DNA from: Ignavibacteriota bacterium
GTDB taxonomy: Bacteria > Bacteroidota > Ignavibacteria > UBA10030 > UBA6906
Assembly (NCBI GenBank): GCA_963752915.1
Contig: CAVVZZ010000002.1
Coordinates: 129,092-193,091, forward strand
Direction of reading: 5' to 3'
DNA length: 64,000 bases
The notes under the pieces are model-generated. The model worked only from the letters and a program-made list of their open reading frames with translations, did no database searches and had not been told where the DNA came from. Made by a program: the position numbers and the translations under genes. Of this stretch, positions 1 to 10,101 are shown piece by piece (the first letter of the stretch is position 1; each line of letters opens with the position of its first letter).

Positions 1-773
1 TCTCGTTCCGAGGAGATGGCGGTCTCGCGAGCTCGCTTCGCCATAAGCCCTTGGGGGTTTGTTCGAATTGCCTCCTTCTGGATGGAGTCAGCCCTGCCGG
101 TTTCGCCGACCTGACCGAGCCAGGACACCAGAGCGCTTTTTGCTTCATCGTCGCTGCTGAAGCGTTCGAAACAGGAATCGACAGCACCTTTGATGTCCGC
201 CTTCCTGTCTGATCCTCTGCTCGCTCTGAGCGTGATCGTCCACTCAGCCTGGTATGCCTTCCAGTTCGCGGGGTAGAGCGATTTTTCCTTCGCGATAGCG
301 GTCAGTCCGGCTTCGTAGTCCCGATCGTGAGTGAAATCCAGGATTCCGTTTCCCGCAAGGAAATTGCCGTAGGCGATGGAGGCATCCTGGAGGGGCTTGC
401 CGTCCGCGCCATAGACCATGGTTGTCCAGCAGCTGCCATTGTTATTGTCTTTCTGCTCCCCCGAACTGGCCAGGACGACGATCAACCGGGCATCCGTGTC
501 CTTGAGAAGGAAATTGCCCGACCATTCCGTCCCGTTCTTCGTGAGCGGAACAATGACGAGCGACGGAAGACCGCTGGCACGCATCAGCATAGCATCGGCC
601 TCAACATCGGATGCGGTTGCGAGCGCCGCTCCCGGCGCTGTGGTGTTATAGGTAATGGAAACACGGTCTCCGATTTTTGGCGACGCCGGCTCGATCGTGA
701 GAACCTGGGCCGACAATAGAGATGACAGGAGAACAAGAATCGAAGCGAGGAAAGATATCTTTCTTAGGATCAC
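1..773 (-). CDS. secreted hypothetical protein, N-terminal portion; the gene continues past the window start and is absent from the ORF track (GTG start, truncated)
   Basis: Minus-strand frame is open from the window edge up to GTG at 771-773, preceded by AGGAGG (779-784, 5-nt spacer). N-terminus VILRKISFLASILVLLSSLLSAQV looks like a signal peptide. GC-rich third codon positions. All plus-strand ORFs here (327..719, 418..651, 655..927) are short and Arg/Gly-rich. Confidence 0.45.
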   Translation of the reverse strand, partial: MILRKISFLASILVLLSSLLSAQVLTIEPASPKIGDRVSITYNTTAPGAALATASDVEADAMLMRASGLPSLVIVPLTKNGTEWSGNFLLKDTDARLIVVLASSGEQKDNNNGSCWTTMVYGADGKPLQDASIAYGNFLAGNGILDFTHDRDYEAGLTAIAKEKSLYPANWKAYQAEWTITLRASRGSDRKADIKGAVDSCFERFSSDDEAKSALVSWLGQVGETGRADSIQKEAIRTNPQGLMAKRARETAISSER

Positions 774-865
774 GACGGCCTCCTCTTTGGAATCAGAGAT
801 AGTGAACACGCACCGCTCTTTGAAGCATTACAACAACACAACCTTCAGCCAAGCGTCCGGTCGGT

Positions 866-2206
866 CTACTTTCCCGGCCTCGAAGACCTGGCATTCTCCG
901 CGTCCGCACCTGACTCGAGAATATTGAGTCGCTTTTTCGCGACCGCCACTCGTTCTTTATCTGCCTTACCGGATTGGGTGCCATTGAGGAACATCCTGTA
1001 ATACTTTTTGGCCTGATCAAATTGCCGCAGTTGATCACAACAGAAACCAAGGTAGAACGACAACGCCGGCTTCCGGGAGTTGAAGAGTAAGGCTTTGCGG
1101 TAGCTTTCCTTTGCGTTGGCGTAGTGGTCCCCTCCCAGTTGGAGGGCCCCGATCCGTTCGTATACGTTTCCGATTTCAGCGGGATCCATCACCGCGATGG
1201 CGCGACGCAGACAGGCGATCGCCTTCGCCATGGAGTCAATGCATGAGTAGCTGATCCCCATGTTGATAAAGATCCCCGGGTTCTCCGGTTCGAGGACTGC
1301 CGCTGCCTTGTACGCCGATATTGAAGAATCGTACAGCTTACGTTGAAAGTAGACTGATCCAAGATGGCCGAAGGCAAGAGCGTTTGCGGTGTCGGCAATC
1401 GTGGCCCTGCGGAAAAAATCTGCCGCGTCATCAAGGTCTTCCGTCTTCTCCCTGCACAGTCCTGCCTTGAACAGCACATCACTGTTCCATGGTTGCATCT
1501 TCGCAGCGATGCTAAACAGCCGGAAGGCGTCGTCGTAGGCCTTCTTGTCAAAATAGATCGAGCCGAGCTGCATCATGACAGGAACGTTCGACGGATTCAG
1601 GGCAAGGCTGGTGGCGAGCATCGTTCGCGCTGAATCGGTCTTCCCTATCTTCGTCAGCGCCGTCCCGGCCTGGGCGTAGAGACCGGCATTCCGCGGCGAT
1701 CCGGCGATCGCCCGGCTAAGAACCGGTAGCGCTTCAGTATAGCGACGCTCTTTCACGAGGATATTTCCGTATCCCTCCAGTGCAGCCGAAAGTGTTGAGT
1801 CCCGATTCAGAACTTGTCGGTAGAACTCTTCTGCTTCCCCCGTCCGACCCTGCCGGTCGAACACATCCGCCAGTTGCATGCGGACCCGAAGGGAGGACGT
1901 ATCGAGCGCCAGGGCGCGTCGCCACTCTCTCTCGGCAGCTTTCAGGTCTCCGAATGCGAATTGGACCGATGCAATATTGCTGTGCACTCCCGGTCGGGAT
2001 GTATCGTTCACGCTCTGAAATGCCGCAAGGGCATCCTGAAGCCGGCCTTCGCTGAAGGCCAGAACGCCGGCGGCAAAGAGACTATCCTCTCTCAAGCGAT
2101 CCGGCTGCTGGGCTGGAAGGATTTGGGCGAGGCAGGATCCCGAAAGGAGCGTTGCGACCAAGACGAAATGTATACGACGGCATGCGTTCTGTTGTTGCCT
2201 GACCAT
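866..2206 (-). CDS. TPR-repeat protein with signal peptide (track ORF 866..2419; start moved to the internal Met followed by a hydrophobic segment)
   Basis: Many tandem TPR-like 34-aa repeats (A..Y..A, LxP patterns). RRIHFVLVATLLSGSCLAQ hydrophobic N-terminus after Met72 of the track ORF. Confidence 0.65.
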   Translation of the reverse strand: MVRQQQNACRRIHFVLVATLLSGSCLAQILPAQQPDRLREDSLFAAGVLAFSEGRLQDALAAFQSVNDTSRPGVHSNIASVQFAFGDLKAAEREWRRALALDTSSLRVRMQLADVFDRQGRTGEAEEFYRQVLNRDSTLSAALEGYGNILVKERRYTEALPVLSRAIAGSPRNAGLYAQAGTALTKIGKTDSARTMLATSLALNPSNVPVMMQLGSIYFDKKAYDDAFRLFSIAAKMQPWNSDVLFKAGLCREKTEDLDDAADFFRRATIADTANALAFGHLGSVYFQRKLYDSSISAYKAAAVLEPENPGIFINMGISYSCIDSMAKAIACLRRAIAVMDPAEIGNVYERIGALQLGGDHYANAKESYRKALLFNSRKPALSFYLGFCCDQLRQFDQAKKYYRMFLNGTQSGKADKERVAVAKKRLNILESGADAENARSSRPGK

Positions 2207-2355
2207 GCGATGGACGATCGACACTGCAGGCGATGGCCAATTCCACAACGTGTTTCGTGCGTTCATCGGCGACCTCGGCTGGAAAGGAGCGGAACTGCGA
2301 GACCGAAGGATCATCACGAGTTCTTCCTTGAAACGACATGCCGGCGTCCTGAGCC

Positions 2356-2694
2356 TCAGATCTCCACGCTCTGCGTATGGCGGTCCCAGCTCAGAAGAAC
2401 ACGATACATTTCGACGCACTGCTGAAGGTCGGGTTCCGGAGAAAGATACAGTTCACCGAGGATCTCCCTGAATCGGAGAAGCTCCTTCCTCTTCCCCGAC
2501 CATTGCGGGTCATCGGCACAGAGGTCAAGGAGTTCGAATGCCCGCTCGAAGCACCCCTTGACGGGAGAAAAAACCCTCTTCCCCAAGAGGGATTTCGCCC
2601 GGGCGAATTCAGATCCGATCATAAGGATCTGCTGATGAATCGGAAACCGGATCCATCGCTCGTGCGTCAGATGTTTGTGGTGCCTTTCAGCCAT
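2356..2694 (-). CDS. hypothetical protein (about 112 aa), distal ORF of the hyp transcription unit
   Basis: ATG at 2694-2692 overlaps the stop of the upstream ORF (ATGGCTGA). Alpha-helical, no recognisable family. Confidence 0.35.
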   Translation of the reverse strand: MAERHHKHLTHERWIRFPIHQQILMIGSEFARAKSLLGKRVFSPVKGCFERAFELLDLCADDPQWSGKRKELLRFREILGELYLSPEPDLQQCVEMYRVLLSWDRHTQSVEI

Positions 2695-2696
2695 CG

Positions 2697-3056
2697 TCAG
2701 ATGCTCACCCAACTCCGGACAATTTCATCCACGGAACGTCGAATATCATCGGACGCAATCTCCATCCCGTTGTTATCAACACTCGGTCGAATGTTGATGA
2801 GAGAGATGTATTCGACGTGCGGCGGGACGGCCCACGGCCAAAGATTTCCTCCCCAGAGATCCGACTGTTGTGAGCCGGATTCCAGGAGGACCAGTTCGGC
2901 ATCAGCATGCATTTCCCCGCCGAGTGCGATCCTCCGCTGTGAAATGTCGACAACGAACTTGATCATTTCTGGAAAAGGATTGGCACGGAACGCATCGATC
3001 TCCACTCGTGCGAGTGGTTTCGTAGGAATGACGATTGGCACGCGCGTTTCGCTCAT
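2697..3056 (-). CDS. hypothetical protein (119 aa) immediately downstream of hypE
   Basis: Same strand, 17 nt after the hypE stop. GC-rich third positions. No family recognised. Confidence 0.4.
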   Translation of the reverse strand: MSETRVPIVIPTKPLARVEIDAFRANPFPEMIKFVVDISQRRIALGGEMHADAELVLLESGSQQSDLWGGNLWPWAVPPHVEYISLINIRPSVDNNGMEIASDDIRRSVDEIVRSWVSI

Positions 3057-3073
3057 GGCAATGGCCCCTCCGG

Positions 3074-4144
3074 TCAGCAGATTCGGGGGAGTTGTTCCCC
3101 TGAGAGCATATCGACCACCCTGCTTCCTCCAATGGTTGTCTTCATCACGACGGTACCTGCATGCTCGGCGACGACTTTGCCGATTGCTCTCGATTCCATT
3201 CCGGCGGGATGGCGACGCATAGCGGCAAGTACGCGGTCGGCGTGCGAAGCAGGAACAAATGCAAGCAGCTTACCCTCATTGGCAACATACAACGGATCGA
3301 ACCCGAGGATCTCACATGCTCCACGCACTTCATCGGGTATCGGGATGGAGGATTCGTCCAGGAGCATGCCGACCTTTGCAGCTTTCGCGATTTCATTTGT
3401 CGCGCTTGCCACACCGCCCCGCGTCGGGTCACGCAGGACATGGATATCGGGGCATGCCTCGAGCATTGCGGCCACAAGACTATGGAGCGGCATCGTATCA
3501 CTTTTGATCTGTGTTTCGAACTCCAACCCTTCACGGACCGACATGATCGCCATGCCGTGGACTCCGATCGGTCCGTTGACAAGGATCACGTCTCCGACAG
3601 CGGCCCGGTCGGGACGGATCGTCACCCCTTGTCTGACCGCGCCGATCCCGCTGGTGGTAATGAAGATCCCGTCCCCTTTGCCCCGGTCGACCACTTTGGT
3701 GTCACCGGTCACGAGAGACACTCCGGCCGCCTCTGCTGCACGCTGCATTGCCTGGACCACCCTCCAGAGATCGTCAAGCGGGAACCCTTCTTCAAGAATG
3801 AAGGCCGACGAGAGATACTGTGGGATCGCGCCGCACATTGCCAGGTCGTTAACTGTCCCATTGACCGCCAGTTCGCCGATGTTCCCGCCGGGAAAGACGA
3901 TCGGTTTCACTACATAGGAATCCGTCGTCATCGCCAGAGTTACCCCTCCGATTTCGACGATCGCTCCGTCGTGCTGTTTCGCAAGCTCAGGGTTGTTGAA
4001 CTGGGGCACGAACAACTTCTCGATCAACTGCTGTGTCAGTTTTCCTCCGCCCCCGTGGGCAAGAAGAATCTGCGGATAGTCGGAAATCGGGATCGGGCAT
4101 GCAGGCCCTTGGGCGAAGTCGTAGCGGGAAGAATCAGGATTCAC
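3074..4144 (-). CDS. hypE: hydrogenase expression/formation protein HypE (carbamoyl dehydratase)
   Basis: AIR-synthase-like fold motifs (ILLAHGGGG, GDTKVV, TTSGIG). Start taken at GTG 4144, which forms a GTGA overlap with the stop of the upstream MFS gene; the track ORF extends to 4285 with a non-homologous N-terminus. Confidence 0.85.
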   Translation of the reverse strand: MNPDSSRYDFAQGPACPIPISDYPQILLAHGGGGKLTQQLIEKLFVPQFNNPELAKQHDGAIVEIGGVTLAMTTDSYVVKPIVFPGGNIGELAVNGTVNDLAMCGAIPQYLSSAFILEEGFPLDDLWRVVQAMQRAAEAAGVSLVTGDTKVVDRGKGDGIFITTSGIGAVRQGVTIRPDRAAVGDVILVNGPIGVHGMAIMSVREGLEFETQIKSDTMPLHSLVAAMLEACPDIHVLRDPTRGGVASATNEIAKAAKVGMLLDESSIPIPDEVRGACEILGFDPLYVANEGKLLAFVPASHADRVLAAMRRHPAGMESRAIGKVVAEHAGTVVMKTTIGGSRVVDMLSGEQLPRIC

Positions 4145-5304
4145 GTTCGCGACTCTTGCGGTTGTTGAACGAAGACCAATAGCACGGTGGCCAGCGTCGT
4201 GAGGATGAGCGACACGAGCAACGGAAGTGATGGGGAGACCCTGTCCCAGAGGATCCCGGTAAGGAGTGACGACGGGAGCGCACACAATCCGACCACCATC
4301 TGGAACCCACCGAGGGTGCTTGCCCGAAGATCGGCCGGAGCGAGCTCCGCAACGAGGGCTTTTTGAACCGGCTCGAGAGCGGCCTTATGCGTCCCGTAGA
4401 GTACGAAGGCGACGATCACTGTCGCGACCGACCGTTCAAAAAGAAGAATCCCACACAACGCTCCCCATAAGGCAAAGGACATCGCCAGGACATTTCTCCG
4501 GCCGAGAGTGTCGGAGAGCCGACCGAACGGCAGGGAGAGCAACGAGGCCATCAACGTAAAGAGAAGATAGAGCAACGGGGTCAATGGTTGCGGCACTCCT
4601 CCCTCGACTGCGTACAGCATCAGAAAAGAATAGCTGAAGGCCGCAAGGGAAAACAAGGCATTGAGAACCAGGAACATGGTGAAGTTCCGGTCCAGGCGTT
4701 GGAACGAGAGCCCTTTGAAGATTGCGCCGCCGGCGACGGGCTTCTCTCGCACTCTCGCCATGACAAGGCCGACGGCAAACAATGAAGGAATCGCAGCAAG
4801 CATAAACAGCGTGCTGTAACCGAGGTGGAGAAATCCCATGCAGAACACGATGCCGAACACTGCGCCCAGATTGTCCATCGATCGTAGTAGACCGAAGTTT
4901 CTGCCCCGGTTGGCATTGGTGGAGGCATCGGCGACCATGGCATCCCGCGGCGAGCCCCGCATCTTGCCGGCACGATCGAGCGCCCGGCAGAGAATCAACT
5001 GAGGCCACGCGGCCGAAAGGGCATAGCCGACACGCGACACCGCTCCGAAGAGATACCCCAGCCAGATGAATATCTTTCGCCTCTTCAGCCTGTCGGAGAG
5101 ATAGCCCGAGAATGCCTGTGAGATCGAGACCAGCGCTTCGCCCAATCCGTCGATGAGCCCGAGGATCTCCTTGTTCGCTCCGAGCGACGACACGAAGAAC
5201 GGCCAGATCGGATAGATCGCGTCCGACCCGAAGTCATTCAGAAATGAGGCGGCCGCAAACGTCCGGACGGTGGACCGGGATTCCTTTTGAGACTCTTCTG
5301 CCAT
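4141..5304 (-). CDS. MFS-family transporter embedded in the hyp operon
   Basis: About 12 predicted hydrophobic segments. Duplicated MFS signature G(Y/R)LSDRLKRRK and GRLSDTLGRRN. Confidence 0.75.
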   Translation of the reverse strand: MAEESQKESRSTVRTFAAASFLNDFGSDAIYPIWPFFVSSLGANKEILGLIDGLGEALVSISQAFSGYLSDRLKRRKIFIWLGYLFGAVSRVGYALSAAWPQLILCRALDRAGKMRGSPRDAMVADASTNANRGRNFGLLRSMDNLGAVFGIVFCMGFLHLGYSTLFMLAAIPSLFAVGLVMARVREKPVAGGAIFKGLSFQRLDRNFTMFLVLNALFSLAAFSYSFLMLYAVEGGVPQPLTPLLYLLFTLMASLLSLPFGRLSDTLGRRNVLAMSFALWGALCGILLFERSVATVIVAFVLYGTHKAALEPVQKALVAELAPADLRASTLGGFQMVVGLCALPSSLLTGILWDRVSPSLPLLVSLILTTLATVLLVFVQQPQESRT

Positions 5305-5307
5305 GCG

Positions 5308-5778
5308 TTATGTCGGCACCACGGGGACACGCGGGAGCCGTCCCGTGAGCTTGCGGAAACCCCGGTGCCAGGAATGGGGAAAGACGTCCTTCGCGAGAAA
5401 CATCAGGAGGCACTCTCCGTGCGTCTCAGACATCTGGTGATCATGGCAGAACTGGATGGCCTCCTGCGACTCGGCGCCCTGCTGCATCCAGATGTTCGTG
5501 ATGCCGGAGGCAAACGCATCTTTCACCACCGATGCCGATTCTGCGGGCGGGACAACAACCACGATACCGTCCACCTTCCCTTTGAGATCGCTGACAGACC
5601 GCGCCATGGAGATTCCGTCGATTACTCCCCCCTGGCGATTCACCGGAATTGCAGTGTAGTGGTGCTTTGTGAGCTCGCGGTATACGCTTGCGCCAAATTC
5701 CTTGCCGCTCCGGGAGACGCCGACGACAGCCAGCCGTCGCAGTCCAAGGAACCGTGCGATGGTCTCACCCTTTTCCAT
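5308..5778 (-). CDS. CoA-binding domain protein (YccU/YneT-like)
   Basis: RLAVVGVSRSGKEFG Rossmann-like N-terminus and IWMQQG motif typical of the CoA_binding_2 family. 3-nt gap to MFS and 8 nt to hypD. Confidence 0.7.
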   Translation of the reverse strand: MEKGETIARFLGLRRLAVVGVSRSGKEFGASVYRELTKHHYTAIPVNRQGGVIDGISMARSVSDLKGKVDGIVVVVPPAESASVVKDAFASGITNIWMQQGAESQEAIQFCHDHQMSETHGECLLMFLAKDVFPHSWHRGFRKLTGRLPRVPVVPT

Positions 5779-5786
5779 GTTCTCAC

Positions 5787-6881
5787 CTATGTATTTTCAG
5801 TCTTGCGGAAATGATAGTATGCCGCGCATGCCCCTTCGGACGAAACCATTGGTGCACCGAGCGGACGCTCGGGAGTGCATTCCCGGCCGAAGGCAGGACA
5901 CTCATGCGGCTTCTTCCTGCCCTGAAGCACTTCTCCCGCAATGCACAGCGGAGATTCACGCGTCGTGATCCCTTCCACGGGAAAGATCTTCTCAGCATCA
6001 TAGAGCTCGTACCGGTCGCGAAGACGATAGCCGCTCATCGGAATCGTGCCAATGCCGCGCCATTTCCGGTCGACGATTTCAAAGACGTCCCGGATGATGT
6101 TCTTTGCCTGGGGGTTTCCCTCCGGCCGGACGACGCGGGCATATTCGTTTTCGACGATCGACTTCCCCTGCTCGAGCTGCGCCACCGTCATCGCAATGCC
6201 CTGAAGCAAGTCGAGGGGCTCAAATCCTGTGACGACAATCGGCACGTTGTAGGTTTTCGAAAGCGGATGGTACTCTCCGGTCCCCATGACGGCACAGACA
6301 TGGCCGGCAGCAAGAAATCCCTGCACCCGGTTGTCGGGTGAACCCAAGATTGCGCTCATCGCCGGGGGGACAAGGACATGGGAGACGAGCATCGAGAAAT
6401 TGTTCACACCGAGCCTGCTTGCCTGGACAACCGCCATCGCGTTCGGCGGCGCCGTTGTCTCGAATCCTACAGCAAAGAAGACGACTTTCTTATCCGGATG
6501 CTGCTGCGCGATCTTCACTGCATCGAGCGGGGAGTAGACCATCCGGACGTTCCCTCGTTCCGCCTTGACCGCAAGGAGGTCCTTGTCGGTCCCCGGCACC
6601 CGCATCATGTCACCGAACGATGTGAAGATGACATCGTCGCGGGAGGCAATCGCAATCGCCTTGTCGATCATCTCGAGAGGAGTAACGCAGACCGGACAAC
6701 CGGGTCCGTGAACGAGGGAAAGGGAGTCCGGGAGGAGTTCTTCAATGCCGTATTTGACGATCGTATGCGTTTGCCCACCGCAGATCTCCATGATCGTCCA
6801 TGGCCGGCTCGTGAGGGCGCGTATGTGCGCCGCCACCTTCTCGGCGTTTTCACGATCGCGATATTCGTCTACGTAGCGCAT
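5787..6881 (-). CDS. hypD: hydrogenase maturation factor HypD
   Basis: Conserved [13 protein letters not shown] and CxxHVC motifs, about 364 aa. Confidence 0.9.
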   Translation of the reverse strand: MRYVDEYRDRENAEKVAAHIRALTSRPWTIMEICGGQTHTIVKYGIEELLPDSLSLVHGPGCPVCVTPLEMIDKAIAIASRDDVIFTSFGDMMRVPGTDKDLLAVKAERGNVRMVYSPLDAVKIAQQHPDKKVVFFAVGFETTAPPNAMAVVQASRLGVNNFSMLVSHVLVPPAMSAILGSPDNRVQGFLAAGHVCAVMGTGEYHPLSKTYNVPIVVTGFEPLDLLQGIAMTVAQLEQGKSIVENEYARVVRPEGNPQAKNIIRDVFEIVDRKWRGIGTIPMSGYRLRDRYELYDAEKIFPVEGITTRESPLCIAGEVLQGRKKPHECPAFGRECTPERPLGAPMVSSEGACAAYYHFRKTENT

Positions 6882-6888
6882 GCGGTCA

Positions 6889-6919
6889 GTTGACAGTTAA
6901 CAGTCGACAGTTGACAGTT
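6889..6919. repeat. 4.5 x 7-bp tandem repeat GTTGACA in the hypC-hypD intergenic region, containing two TTGACA hexamers and HpaI/SalI-like palindromes
   Basis: GTTGACA GTTAACA GTCGACA GTTGACA GTT. On the transcript (minus) it reads CUGUCAA-like heptads. Confidence 0.45.
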
Positions 6920-6939
6920 CGTTTATCCATTGTCCCATC

Positions 6940-6980
6940 GTCCCCAAGTCTCCCCCTCTCCGCTTCTCCCCTTCTCCTCC
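6940..6980 (-). promoter_or_regulatory. about 40-nt polypurine (GGA-rich) tract on the hyp transcript between hypC and hypD
   Basis: Minus-strand transcript reads GGAGGAGAAGGGGAGAAGCGGAGAGGGGGAGACUUGGGGAC: five GGA motifs, one pyrimidine in 32 nt. Confidence 0.35.
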
Positions 6981-7229
6981 TCACCCCTTCTCGTCGGCGT
7001 CGTCAAGCTCTCCCATCTCCCGGAGCAGGCTCAGCGTCTCCAGCGCTTCTTTCTCATCCACGGTATTGAGCGCAAATCCCACATGGACAATCACGTAGTC
7101 GCCTTCCTTCACTGCCGGCACCCATTCGAGGCATACCTCTTTCGTCACCCCGGCAAAACTAACCACCCCCATCATCGGTTCAACAGACCGATCGATCGAA
7201 AGAACTTTACCCGGAACGGCGAGGCACAT
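6981..7229 (-). CDS. hypC: hydrogenase assembly chaperone HypC
   Basis: 82 aa, starts MCLAVPGKV (essential Cys2), HupF/HypC family. Confidence 0.88.
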   Translation of the reverse strand: MCLAVPGKVLSIDRSVEPMMGVVSFAGVTKEVCLEWVPAVKEGDYVIVHVGFALNTVDEKEALETLSLLREMGELDDADEKG

Positions 7230-7258
7230 ATGGAGTATCCTTTATAAAGACCGACTGC

Positions 7259-9557
7259 CTATGGCTGAAGGACGAGCGCTGCATAGAGCTGGCCCAGCGA
7301 GATCCCTCCGTCATTCGGAGGCACGCGTTGATGCCAGTACGGTCGGAATCCATGGTCTCGGAGCATTGTGACCGAGAGCGTCGTCAGTAGGGCATTTTGA
7401 AAGCAGCCGCCGCTGAGGACCACGCGATCGAGGCCAACCTGCTGTGCGACGGCCACGATACCCCGGGCAAGCGCGGAATGAAACCCGTACGCGATCGCTG
7501 CGACCGGCGTTCCCCGCCTGACTGCCTCGAGCATTTGACGAACGCCCGGAATCCAGTCAAGCACGAGCGCCGGAGACGTCTCCGTTTCTTTCTCGGAAAT
7601 TGTTGCCAGGGGCAGGGACAATGTCAACGCCAGAGTCGACCGAAGATGCAAGCCACTCCAATTCCATCGCTGCCTGCCCTTCGAACGAAGCACGCTGACG
7701 GATACCCAGGAGCGAGGCAACGCCATCGAACAGACGGCCGGCGCTTGTGGTCCGCGTCGCATTGATCCTGCGTTCAATCGCCCGGTACACGAGGCGAAGT
7801 TCCTCTTTGCTCCATTCTGCGAAGCACGGAAGTTCTGCAATACCGGGATCATCTCTCCGGAAACATTCGTAGACCATTCCCGAGGCAGAGCGACGAGGCT
7901 CATGCACAGCCGCATCGCCACCTGGAAGAACAAACGGGCGCAGCATCGCTGCTCTCCGGGACCCCTGCGCACCAACCACGAGGAACTCGCCTCCCCAGAT
8001 CGTCCCATCATCCCCCCATCCGGTCCCATCCCAGGCAACCCCGAGGACATCACCCGTCAGGTTGTTCTCGGCCATACATGCGGCAATATGCGCGTGGTGA
8101 TGCTGGATCCTTCTCACCGGCAATCCCATCCCTGCGGCTTCCCCTGTTGAAATGTAGTCAGGATGCTTGTCAGCCACAACAGCACGGGGGACGAGTTGAT
8201 AGAGGCGGACAAAATCCTTGATTGTCGATCGGAACGAGGCAAGCGATTGTTCCGTCTCGAGGTCTCCGAGATGCTGGCTGATGAAAATCGAGTTTCGCCG
8301 GGCGACCGCGACCGTATTCTTCAAATGTCCCCCAACGGCAATCGCGTCTGGCAGCGGTTCTCCAACGCTGACAGGCAACGGGGCATATCCCCTTGAGCGC
8401 CGGAGCACCAGATCTCTGTCGAGCAATACCCGAACTACGGAATCATCGACATACCGGACGATAGGGCGGTTATGGACCAGGAACAGGTCCGCGATGCCGG
8501 CGAGCCGGACGAGTGCTTCACGCTCGTCGGTGCAAATCGGTTCATCCGTGAGGTTCCCGCTGGTCGCGACAACGGGACGGGCCACCTTCTTGAGGAGAAG
8601 GTGGTGAAGCGGAGTATACGGGAGCATGATGCCGAGGGTGGGATTCCCCGGAGCGACGTTCCCGGCAATGAAAGACAACGGAGCGGCGTCCTCTTTCTTT
8701 TTCAACAACACGATCGGTGATTCCGGGGACCGGAGAAGACGTTCTTCGAGCGGCGACACAACGCACACGCTTCCCGCGGTCCGGATGTCCGGCACCATGA
8801 TCGCAAGCGGTTTCTCTTCACGACGCTTCCGCGCACGCAACGTCGCAACGGCATGCTCGTTGGTTGCGTCAACCATCAAGTGAAAGCCGCCGAGCCCCTT
8901 GAGCGCGACGACCTTTCCAGCAAGCAGCGCATCGCTCGCGGCCTCCAGCGCACGGTCATGGTCGGCGACGATGGATCCGTCGGGATTCCACAACTCCACG
9001 TGAGGTCCGCACGTCGGACAGGCATTCGGTTGGGCATGAAACCTCCGGTCGCCGGGGTCCTCATACTCCTTCCTGCACTCATCGCACATGTGAAATTTGT
9101 CCATCGACGTGTTCGGGCGATCGTAGGGCAGGGACGTAATGATCGTAAATCGCGGTCCGCAATTCGTGCAATTCGTGAACGGGTACCCGAACCGCCGGTT
9201 GGCGGGGTCCATGATTTCGGCGAGACATTCAGGGCATGTCGCTATATCGGGCAGGACAAAGGTCGATACCTCTCCGCTCCCGTCACTCTCGCGGATGGAG
9301 AATGACGAATATCCGGCACCGTCGAGGTAGGAATACTCGAGACTCTGGATGGACGCTCTCGCCGGTTTCTCCGGCTCGATTCTGAGAAGAAAGTGTTCAA
9401 CCTCACGATCTTCCCCTTCCGCGTCAATCACCACGCCGGACGTCGCGTTCATAACCCACCCCGCGAGCCGATGTTCGCCCGCAAGCCGATAGATAAAGGG
9501 ACGAAACCCGACCCCCTGGACGGCGCCACGGATTTCGATATGCACGCGCTTCGGCAT
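7259..9557 (-). CDS. hypF: carbamoyltransferase HypF; reading frame interrupted by an apparent 1-bp frameshift near 7605-7640 (sequencing error or pseudogene)
   Basis: N-terminal acylphosphatase domain, two Zn-finger CxxC pairs, YrdC-like and Kae1-like domains in ORF 7557..9557. The conserved C-terminus (LDWIPG...AAIAYGFH...LSGGCFQN...VPPNDGGISLGQ) is in a different frame (ORF 7259..8053). Confidence 0.8.
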
Positions 9558-9587
9558 AGAGAGGAAGACGTCTGCTGATGGATGTCA

Positions 9588-9612
9588 CCATCATCCGTGT
9601 TCTGGATGATGG
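9588..9612 (-). promoter_or_regulatory. perfect 9-bp inverted repeat hairpin between hoxW and hypF
   Basis: CCATCATCC-N7-GGATGATGG, about 30 nt upstream of the hypF start. No U-tract. Confidence 0.3.
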
Positions 9613-9654
9613 GGCAGAGTAAGGATTTTCTCAGAGAGTTGCCACGGCAGGCGA

Positions 9655-10101
9655 CTAGACCGGCGTCCAGCCGTCCACCAATCGCCGCACGACGGTCACG
9701 CTTTGGTCGATCGCCGCCTGTGTTGCTGCCGACACGCGTTCGGTGAACGAGAAATCTGTCGCAGGAATTCCGACCAGGTAGACGTGTTCAGGGACTGTCC
9801 CGTAGAGGGAGTTGCAGAGAGCGAGGAGCTGGGAGGGAGAGAACAGATGCGAATCAACGGGCGGCACCGGGACGGTATTGCCGATCGACGTACAGACGAG
9901 TTCATCGGTTCCCGCTGCTGCGTCGAGGAAGATGACCAGATGACGATGCGACAGGGACTCGGCGATCTCCGGCTGAATATCATGAACGATGAGAACGTCG
10001 ACCTCCGGGATCGTCTCACGCACGCGTTGCGCAGCGACGACACCGGCGGCATCATCGCCCCGCAATGTATTGCCATAGCCAATCACCAGCGGCGGGATCA
10101 T
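9655..10101 (-). CDS. hoxW: hydrogenase maturation endopeptidase (HoxW/HybD family)
   Basis: [15 protein letters not shown] and later H residue, characteristic of [NiFe]-hydrogenase C-terminal processing proteases. 4-nt overlap with the hoxH end. Confidence 0.8.
   Translation of the reverse strand: MIPPLVIGYGNTLRGDDAAGVVAAQRVRETIPEVDVLIVHDIQPEIAESLSHRHLVIFLDAAAGTDELVCTSIGNTVPVPPVDSHLFSPSQLLALCNSLYGTVPEHVYLVGIPATDFSFTERVSAATQAAIDQSVTVVRRLVDGWTPV

Noticed and set aside
327-1050. Plus- and minus-strand track ORFs 327..719, 418..651, 655..927, 793..1050
   Set aside because: They overlap a better minus-strand gene (signal peptide, RBS, coherent composition). Their products are Arg/Gly/Ser-rich low-complexity strings typical of off-frame translation in high-GC DNA.
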